Assembly: GCA_020631075.1 (NCBI GenBank)
Contig: JAHDHX010000007.1
Span: 3,192 to 67,191 of the forward strand
DNA length: 64,000 nt
Reading direction: 5' to 3'
From: Candidatus Altimarinota bacterium
Lineage (GTDB): Bacteria; Patescibacteriota; Gracilibacteria; UBA4473
Below, in pieces: positions 35,788 through 42,796 of the stretch. Numbering within the stretch: position 1 is the stretch's first letter; every line of letters starts with the position of its first letter. The notes beneath the pieces were generated by a model. That model was given only the letters and a program-made list of their open reading frames with translations. It was not told where the DNA came from and searched no databases. Position numbers and translations under genes: made by a program.

Positions 35788-35943
35788 GAAGTAAGCATCA
35801 CAGAAAAGACAAAAATGATGAAAAAAACAGAAGTGTTGTTTCATGTTTTGCTTTTTTGGAACAAAAAAGAAAAAGCAAAATGAGTTGAGGGTTTTACCCT
35901 CGCTAGACAGAATACCCTCAGAGGGCTATGCTTACTTCTGAAT
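35783..35943. repeat. inverted repeat pair TTAAGAAGTAAGCAT / ATGCTTACTTCTGAA enclosing about 130 nt with two internal hairpins
   Basis: AGAAGTAAGCAT (35787-98) is the exact reverse complement of ATGCTTACTTCT (35928-39). The interior contains hairpins TTTTGCTTTTT..AAAAAGCAAAA and GAGGGT-TTT-ACCCTC. Confidence 0.6.
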
Positions 35944-35968
35944 ACTTTATTTGCTCGCCCCCCTCACT

Positions 35969-36310
35969 ATGTCCTCCCCCAGCAAGCTCCACACCACCGT
36001 TTGGGCCTTGGTGCTCTTTTTGCTTGGCCTCTGGTCACTGTTTGCCGTGGTGTACATCGCCACTGACATCCAGCAGACGGTCAACGCCACCCAGGCCACC
36101 ACGGCGCAGGCCCAGCAGACAGGTGCCCAGGCTGGCAGACTGGCGGCCGTCACCGAAGTCATGCAACTGGGCGCGAAGTGCGAACCAGTCACCCTGTCTC
36201 TGGGTGAGGGTGACAGCCAGCAAACGATGATCCTCTGGAATACCGCCTGCCCCGTGCCCCAGCAGGCGCCCGTTGCCCCCGCTGGCGGTGAGGCCCCCCC
36301 CACTGAGTAG
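35969..36310 (+). CDS. hypothetical small N-terminally anchored protein
   Basis: MSSPSKLHTTVWALVLFLLGLWSLFAVVYIA is a signal-anchor. It is followed by a Gln/Ala/Thr-rich region and two Cys. Confidence 0.4.
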   Translation: MSSPSKLHTTVWALVLFLLGLWSLFAVVYIATDIQQTVNATQATTAQAQQTGAQAGRLAAVTEVMQLGAKCEPVTLSLGEGDSQQTMILWNTACPVPQQAPVAPAGGEAPPTE

Positions 36311-36380
36311 TCTCCCTTTAGGGCAGCCAAGCGTGTTGCGGGTTCACCTTACCCGCTCAGCCATGCTATAATACCCAGAA

Positions 36381-37352
36381 ATGACCCCTCCCCCCCACAC
36401 GCTCGACACGCTCTCCACGGCGGACACCACCCCCGAAGCGCTCCCTCCCGCCGAGCAGCTCCAGCACGACATCGAGCACACTGACCACCTGCTCAGCCAG
36501 GCCAGCGCCAACTTTGAGCGTTTTCAGTTTTTGCATCGCCACTTCCCCGACCAGGCCCAGCACCACTGCACCATGTCCGAGCTTTCCACCCAGCTGCAGC
36601 ACGTCGTGGCCGATTTCGCTGCCACCTACGCCCGATTTGGCCTCCGCCTGATTGACTTCACCCCCCACAGTGCAGACGACCTTTCGTACAGCCTACAGTT
36701 CGCCGCCGACACCTCCATCGACCTATTTCTCCACACCGCAGCCGAGATTATAAACACCCTCAACTGGCACATTTCTGAGAACCGACTCAACTCATTCGGC
36801 GGTCTCAGGTTGGCCATCCGTCAGGAAGAATTCTACGAGTCCCTCGACGTAGACCTAAAAGAGCTTTACCGTCAGATGGAGGCCGACTGGCGCGGCTCGG
36901 CCAACTTCGAATTCCTCAAAAACTGTGGCCCCCACTCCGTGGCCGAGTGCTTGACGGTGTGGCACGGTGGCACCTACGACGAAGCCCAATACCGCCAGAT
37001 GTTCGCGGACTGCAACCCAGGCCACCTCGGGTCGATGCCATGGGCCATCACCAGCGCACTGGAGGCCACCGCCCAGCACGTCGTCGACCAGCGCACCCAC
37101 GCTGACCTGGCTGCTTTCGTGCGCTACGCCCAGTCACACCTCCCCCTCATCACCAAGCTCGCCCTCAGCCCGCTCCAGCAACACTACGAGTGCTTCACTC
37201 AGGTCAGTTTTGACCCCGACGGTCAGGTCGACGGTTTTTTTACCCCCAGTTCTTTTTACCCCCTGTCCGTGCTCGGGCCCCAGCTCCAGTCAGGCATATT
37301 TTACGAGCAGACCACTTGGCACATCACCGACACTCCTCTCCCCACCGAATAA
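36381..37352 (+). CDS. hypothetical 323-aa protein (weak hint of a papain-like Cys/His peptidase core)
   Basis: The ORF has GC-backbone composition. ..FLKNCGPHSVAECL.. and ..QQHYECFTQVSFD.. could be a Cys nucleophile / His pair, but this is pattern-level only. Confidence 0.5.
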   Translation: MTPPPHTLDTLSTADTTPEALPPAEQLQHDIEHTDHLLSQASANFERFQFLHRHFPDQAQHHCTMSELSTQLQHVVADFAATYARFGLRLIDFTPHSADDLSYSLQFAADTSIDLFLHTAAEIINTLNWHISENRLNSFGGLRLAIRQEEFYESLDVDLKELYRQMEADWRGSANFEFLKNCGPHSVAECLTVWHGGTYDEAQYRQMFADCNPGHLGSMPWAITSALEATAQHVVDQRTHADLAAFVRYAQSHLPLITKLALSPLQQHYECFTQVSFDPDGQVDGFFTPSSFYPLSVLGPQLQSGIFYEQTTWHITDTPLPTE

Positions 37353-37475
37353 ATCTTTCCCTGTTCTCTTCTTTGCAGTGTTTTCAAGGCACCTCAAATC
37401 CACCACCCAAGCCAAACAGCTGAGTCTATCTGTTGATCACTATTATTACTCAGAAGGAGTCGGAGACAACACCCC

Positions 37476-38267
37476 CTACACCTCTTCATCCAGCCAGTCT
37501 TCTTCTTCCGCCTCGTCTGCGCTTTGGCTCTCGCTGTAGTCACTCCCAAACCGTGACCGCACATCGAGGAAATCACTCCCATACGCCTCATACAACGCGT
37601 GATACATCCCCTCCGCCGCGGCGTTGCCCCCGTGGAGGAGGCCCAGCAGCAGTGGGTATAGCCCCAGCACGAGCGCCGCAGGCGCCACGTCTGTCACCCG
37701 CGCCAGCACAAAGTACCCCACCCCAAAGAGCATCAACCCCAGCGTAAACCCATACGCCGACACCATCAGGTGGTGCCGTCCGTGGAGGATTTCGAGCAGC
37801 AAGCCCGTCAGCAACGTCATGCACACCGCGTGCAGCAGCGCCGCCACGGCTATCCCCTCTGGGCCAAACATCCCCGACGCCAGCAGATACACCGGCAACG
37901 CCAGCACGAGGAAGAATATCATCCCCGAAAAAACGTGCGTGATCGCCGTCGCACGGTGTTCATATTTGGCCTCCGTTACGGTGAGGAGGATTACAAAAAG
38001 GAGGTTCGCCCCCAGCCCCGACAGAAACATCGCCAGCACCGCAAACCAGAGAAACATCGGGTGCACTGCTCGTTCTTCGCTCGCTATCCCAAATTCATTG
38101 ATCACTGTCTCCGCCCCGAAGCTCGGCCCCACTATCCCCCACGTCGCCAGCATAATGAACCCCAGCACGAGTGTCCCCACCACGCCCGCCGCCACCCCGA
38201 TAGCCCCGCGCTGCAGCGTTGCCCCGAGCCCCCCGCCGTCATCATGTTTTTTTCTGCGCGCCATCAC
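37476..38267 (-). CDS. hypothetical polytopic membrane protein with an acidic C-terminal tail
   Basis: It has about 6 hydrophobic helices and a C-terminus ..SQSADEAEEEDWLDEEV. Confidence 0.55.
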   Translation of the reverse strand: MMARRKKHDDGGGLGATLQRGAIGVAAGVVGTLVLGFIMLATWGIVGPSFGAETVINEFGIASEERAVHPMFLWFAVLAMFLSGLGANLLFVILLTVTEAKYEHRATAITHVFSGMIFFLVLALPVYLLASGMFGPEGIAVAALLHAVCMTLLTGLLLEILHGRHHLMVSAYGFTLGLMLFGVGYFVLARVTDVAPAALVLGLYPLLLGLLHGGNAAAEGMYHALYEAYGSDFLDVRSRFGSDYSESQSADEAEEEDWLDEEV

Positions 38268-38328
38268 TCTATTCTACCACACCTCCCCCCCTCGCTTCAA
38301 GCCTCCCCACAGTCACGTCCTCACTGGT

Positions 38329-39069
38329 TTATCTTACGACCATCAACAGAGGTAATCCCTGCTTCTTAAATCCCATTTTTTTATAGAGCCCCAGCGCTTT
38401 GTGGTTCTCCACCGAAACAAACAGCCACATAGACCGTCTTTCGCCCCCCATTGCGACCATATAGTGCTCTAATAAGCCTTTTCCCAGTCCTTGTCGCCGC
38501 CAGTTTGGGTGAATGAACAACATATTGATCATCACCTCTTTGCTTGTTTGAAAGTTTGAACTCACCATTCCCACAGCTTCCTGCTTATTGAAAAGCCCTC
38601 TTATCTGACGGTGTTCACACTCTTTGGCTACAAATTTCACCGCCGACTGCAGACAATTGTCTTTACCTGACTCTTCATCCAGAAACCACTTCCGCAGTGC
38701 TGCTACGCTCAGTTGCTCGGCTTTTCTAGTCGGCACCCGCAGCTGCAGGTCATTAGGCAGTGTCACTATTTGAGGGTTTATGATGGCTGTCCGCTTCATC
38801 AGCGATTTTTCCATCACCAGTGCGCCTGCGAATTCTTTTTGGTTGAGCCACGTTTCCACCCAGCGTGTCTCCCCCAGCAAGCAATACGGAGAATCGGTGT
38901 TCCAGTGCGCAGCAATCTTTTGCCTATCAGCAAAAGGATAGAGCGTCCGCCCATCAAAACTTCCAAGTATTATCCCTTGTTTGTCTGTAATGAGTGATTG
39001 CTGCACCGTTCGCCCAGCAAATACCCCCGTCCCTTGCTGCGCCGCTTCCACGATTAAATTTTCAATCAT
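38329..39069 (-). CDS. GNAT-family N-acetyltransferase (C-terminal domain) with an unknown N-terminal domain
   Basis: Motif A is ..FIHPNWRRQGLGKGLLEHYM.. and ..ENHKALGLYKKMGFK... The start overlaps the upstream glycosyltransferase stop (39066-39069). Confidence 0.7.
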   Translation of the reverse strand: MIENLIVEAAQQGTGVFAGRTVQQSLITDKQGIILGSFDGRTLYPFADRQKIAAHWNTDSPYCLLGETRWVETWLNQKEFAGALVMEKSLMKRTAIINPQIVTLPNDLQLRVPTRKAEQLSVAALRKWFLDEESGKDNCLQSAVKFVAKECEHRQIRGLFNKQEAVGMVSSNFQTSKEVMINMLFIHPNWRRQGLGKGLLEHYMVAMGGERRSMWLFVSVENHKALGLYKKMGFKKQGLPLLMVVR

Positions 39070-40235
39070 TTTTTTACAGTTTCCCCCTCCAGCACCGCCT
39101 CATACACCCCCAGGGTTACCTCCGCACACTCACCCCAGTCATACTGCGCCAGCTGCCGCTCCGCCGCCGCGGTCAGGGCTCTGCGCACGGTGTTGTCGTT
39201 GAGCACGCTGCCTATCACCGCCGCCATCTCGTCTACATTCAGCGGGTCAAAGTACCGCGCCGCTTCCCCACACACCTCAGGCAGGCTCGACACCCCCGCC
39301 GCGGCCACGGGCGTCCCCACCGCCAGTGCGTCGAGTGCCGGCAACCCAAACCCTTCATACAGCGAAGGAAACCCATACACCGCCGCCCCGGCCATCACCG
39401 CGGCTATGTCCCCACGGTCTATGTACCCGAGCGGCTTTATCCGCCCTCGGTGCGCACTCTGGGCAATGGCCGCCGCCGTTCCGCAGTCTTCCCCCGTTGG
39501 CTTGCCCGTCAGCACTAGTTCTAGGCTTAGGTCAGTGTCCGCCAGCTGGTCAAAGGCTTGCACCAGCCGCGGCAGGTTCTTGTGCGGCTTCCAGTTCCCC
39601 ATATACAGCACATACCGCCCCCCCAGCCCATATTTTGCTCGCACCTCCGCCACCACCGTCGGGTCTATCACTTGCCGTTTTGGCCCCCCTAGCTTGATCG
39701 CCCGCACCTTTGATTGATCAATTTTGGTATTCAGCAATTCTCCCCCCAGCACGTCTTTCGCCGTGTGGTCAGACACCGTCACCACGCAGTCCGCCGTGTT
39801 GATCATGTGCGTGATCAGCCCACGATACGCCCCCAGTTTCAGGCCACTAGCCCCCGCAGGGGGGTGGGCCGCCAGCGTCAGGTCATGGATGGTCACCACC
39901 TTGCGCCCGCGGTACGCCACCGGCCCGTTGAAGTTGGTAAAATGCACCAGATCACACTTTTCCCGCTGCAGCTGCCACCACAGGCTCGTTTGCTCACCGA
40001 CGCTATAGTGCTTGGCCGCCGCCACCACGGCCGTCACCTGCGGCCAGCGGTCACCATGGGTGGCGACCCACTGGGCGTGCTCCCGCGGGGCCAGATACAA
40101 CCGCCACTCCCACCCAGGGCGGTCCGCCGTCAGCGCAAACAGACGGTTCGTCAGCTCTACATTATAGTGCCCTATCCCCGTAAAGCGATCCCCATACATC
40201 CGCGCATCTATCCCCACTCGCACATTGTTCATCAT
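39066..40235 (-). CDS. glycosyltransferase, GT4 family
   Basis: ..VRVGIDARMYGDRFTGIGHY.. at the N-terminus and ..PSLYEGFGLPALDALAVGTPVAAAGVSSLPEV.. at the C-terminus are typical GT4 blocks. Confidence 0.8.
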   Translation of the reverse strand: MMNNVRVGIDARMYGDRFTGIGHYNVELTNRLFALTADRPGWEWRLYLAPREHAQWVATHGDRWPQVTAVVAAAKHYSVGEQTSLWWQLQREKCDLVHFTNFNGPVAYRGRKVVTIHDLTLAAHPPAGASGLKLGAYRGLITHMINTADCVVTVSDHTAKDVLGGELLNTKIDQSKVRAIKLGGPKRQVIDPTVVAEVRAKYGLGGRYVLYMGNWKPHKNLPRLVQAFDQLADTDLSLELVLTGKPTGEDCGTAAAIAQSAHRGRIKPLGYIDRGDIAAVMAGAAVYGFPSLYEGFGLPALDALAVGTPVAAAGVSSLPEVCGEAARYFDPLNVDEMAAVIGSVLNDNTVRRALTAAAERQLAQYDWGECAEVTLGVYEAVLEGETVKK

Positions 40236-40309
40236 GGGTATGTTGGCGCGCCTGCCCCCCCCCGTCAATGTTTCCGCTCTTTCACGACCAGTACAGCCTC
40301 CCCAGCCCC

Positions 40310-42700
40310 CTACCCCTTCTTCTTGGCCGCTGTCTTCTTCTTGGCGACGGTTTTCTTTTTCGTGGTGGTCTTTTTCTTGGCCGTGGTTTTCTTTTTGGTG
40401 GTGCCCCGCCCCCGCCCCTTGCGCTCAGGAGCCGCTTCCACCAGCGCCTTAATGTCCGCGAGACTCAGCTCTTCATAGTTTTGATCTTTCGGGATTTTCA
40501 CATTCTTCTTCCCCGCCTTGATGTACGGCCCCCAGCGACCATTGAGGATGAAAATCTCGTCCTCCGCAAAGATTTTCAAAAATTTCTGATCATACAGTTC
40601 TTGCGCCCGCTTCATCGTCACGGTGTAAGGCGAGTCACCCTCTTTTTCTTTCAGCGACACAAACTGCCCGTGGATCTGCACATACGGCCCGAAGCGCCCA
40701 AAGTTGGCCCGCACGTCCACCCCGTCAGGGGTCTGGCCCACCACGCGCGGCAGCTCAAAGAGCTTCAGCGCCTGCTCCAGTGTCACGTCATCCATGCGCA
40801 TCCCGGGCAGCAGCGACGCAAACCGCGGCTTTTCTTCGTCTGTCGCCTCACCCATCTGCACCATCGGGCCATACCGCCCTATCCGCACAAATATCGGTCG
40901 ACCCGACGCAGGGTCTGTCCCCACCTGTCGCATTTGCATCACCTCCGCACGGTCAACCTCCATGGCCGCCGTCACTTCTCCCTTAAAGGGCGAGTAAAAC
41001 GTCTGCAACATCGCGTTCCACGTCGTGTCCCCACGGGCAATCGCATCAAACTCTTCTTCGACCTTCCGCGTGAAGTCATAGTCCACCACCGCTGAGAATT
41101 GTTGAACCAAAAAGTTATTCACCACCTTGCCGATATCCGTCGGGAAGAGCTTACTCCGCTCCGCCCCAGTCATCTCGGTCAGGCGCTGGCTGGTCACCGC
41201 GCCGTCGGCCAGCTTCACCACGGTGTACTCCCGCTCACGCCCTGGTCGGTCAGTTTTTTCGACATACCCACGGTTTTGGATGGTCGAGATCGTCGGCGCG
41301 TAGGTCGACGGCCGACCGATGCCCTTCTCTTCCAGCGTCCGCACCAGCGTCGCCTCCGTAAATCTCGCAGGCGGCCGCGTAAAGGTCTCACGCGCCTCCA
41401 GTGTGCGCAGGTTCAGCTCTTGACCCTCGGTCAGCGGCGGCAGCAGCCCCGCCGTGCTCGACTCACCGTCCTCTTCGTCGTCCCGCGACTCCAGATACAC
41501 CTTCAGAAACCCATCAAACACCACGATTTCCCCCTTCGCGTTCAGCGTCTCGGGCCGCGTGCTCACCGCCACACTCACGGTCGTGCGCTCCAGCTGCGCA
41601 TTGGCCATCTGCGACGCGATCGCCCGCTTCCAGATCAAATCATACAACCGTGCCTGGTTGCGCTCCCCACTGTGAAATGTCCGCCCAAAGTCCGTCGGAC
41701 GGATCGCCTCATGCGCCTCCTGCGCGTCTGACGACTTCGTTTTGAAAGTGCGAATTTGATGATACTGTTCCCCATACTGCGCCTTAATCGTCTGCGCCGC
41801 ACTGGCCAGCGCCGTTTTTGACAGGTTCACCGAGTCCGTCCGCATATAGGTAATCAGCCCCTGCTCATACAGCTTTTGGGCCACTACCATCGTCTGCTTC
41901 ACGCTGAAGCTCAGCTTCCGTGCGGCTTCCTGTTGCAGGGTCGAGGTTGTGAAAGGCGCGGCTGGTTTCTTTTGGGCGGGCTTTTTGGTGATCGAGTCCA
42001 CCGTGAAGGTCGCCCCGTTACAGTCCGCCAAAAATTGCTCCGCCGTTTCGAGGGGGGCCAGCTTCTTGGGCAGCTCCGCTTTCAGGGTCAGTCCCTTCTC
42101 CAGTGCAAACACCCCCGTCACCTTATACGCCGACGTCGCCTCATGCGCCTCGATCGCTTCCTCCCGCTCCACGATCAGCCTTACCGCCACCGACTGCACC
42201 CGCCCCGCCGACAGCCCCGTGCGGATCTTCCGCCACAGCACGGGCGAGATCTCATACCCCACTATTCGATCCAGCACCCGCCGCGCCTGCTGCGCATACA
42301 CCACAGGCATATTCACCGTCCGCGGTTCTTTGATCGCCGCCTGGATGGCAGGCTTAGTGATCTCACGAAACACAATCCGCTTCGTCGTCGCGGGGTCCAG
42401 GCCCAGCGCCTGCGTCAGGTGCCACGCTATCGCCTCTCCTTCACGGTCTTCATCGGAAGCCAACCAAACGTGATCCACCCCCTTCACCGCCTTTTTCAGC
42501 GCCGACACCGTCTTTTTCTTATCGTCAGACACCTCATATATCGGCTCAAACGTCCCCCCCTCGATGTCTATACTCATCCCACTCCGCGGCAGATCCCGTA
42601 TGTGCCCATACGACGACAACACGCGGTAGTCAGGCCCAAGGTACTTTTCAATAGTTTTCGCTTTCGCAGGCGACTCGACGATCAGCAGGTTTGAAGCCAT
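40310..42700 (-). CDS. topA: DNA topoisomerase I with a Lys-rich repetitive C-terminal tail
   Basis: It has a TOPRIM N-terminus (LLIVESPAKAKTIEKYLG), the active-site Tyr block GLITYMRTDS, and a C-terminal tail TTKKKTTAKKKTTTKKKTVAKKKTAAKKKG. Confidence 0.92.
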   Translation of the reverse strand: MASNLLIVESPAKAKTIEKYLGPDYRVLSSYGHIRDLPRSGMSIDIEGGTFEPIYEVSDDKKKTVSALKKAVKGVDHVWLASDEDREGEAIAWHLTQALGLDPATTKRIVFREITKPAIQAAIKEPRTVNMPVVYAQQARRVLDRIVGYEISPVLWRKIRTGLSAGRVQSVAVRLIVEREEAIEAHEATSAYKVTGVFALEKGLTLKAELPKKLAPLETAEQFLADCNGATFTVDSITKKPAQKKPAAPFTTSTLQQEAARKLSFSVKQTMVVAQKLYEQGLITYMRTDSVNLSKTALASAAQTIKAQYGEQYHQIRTFKTKSSDAQEAHEAIRPTDFGRTFHSGERNQARLYDLIWKRAIASQMANAQLERTTVSVAVSTRPETLNAKGEIVVFDGFLKVYLESRDDEEDGESSTAGLLPPLTEGQELNLRTLEARETFTRPPARFTEATLVRTLEEKGIGRPSTYAPTISTIQNRGYVEKTDRPGREREYTVVKLADGAVTSQRLTEMTGAERSKLFPTDIGKVVNNFLVQQFSAVVDYDFTRKVEEEFDAIARGDTTWNAMLQTFYSPFKGEVTAAMEVDRAEVMQMRQVGTDPASGRPIFVRIGRYGPMVQMGEATDEEKPRFASLLPGMRMDDVTLEQALKLFELPRVVGQTPDGVDVRANFGRFGPYVQIHGQFVSLKEKEGDSPYTVTMKRAQELYDQKFLKIFAEDEIFILNGRWGPYIKAGKKNVKIPKDQNYEELSLADIKALVEAAPERKGRGRGTTKKKTTAKKKTTTKKKTVAKKKTAAKKKG

Positions 42701-42720
42701 AGGGTCAAATGAGGGTCAAA
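42701..42720. repeat. direct repeat AGGGTCAAA-TG-AGGGTCAAA immediately upstream of the topA start codon
   Basis: The 9-mer occurs at 42701-09 and 42712-20 (period 11). On the coding strand this reads TTTGACCCT-CA-TTTGACCCT-ATG. Confidence 0.6.
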
Positions 42721-42796
42721 AGAAGAGGAATCCAGAGTAATCGCAGGCATGATAGGAGCACCCACAGAAAACTCAAATACGGAAAAACAACTCAAA

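Noticed and set aside
42701-42720. CtsR operator (GGTCAAA-NAN-GGTCAAA) upstream of topA
   Set aside because: The heptads are 11 nt apart rather than the canonical 10. The site touches the start codon, and topA is not a known CtsR target. I kept it only as an unexplained direct repeat.
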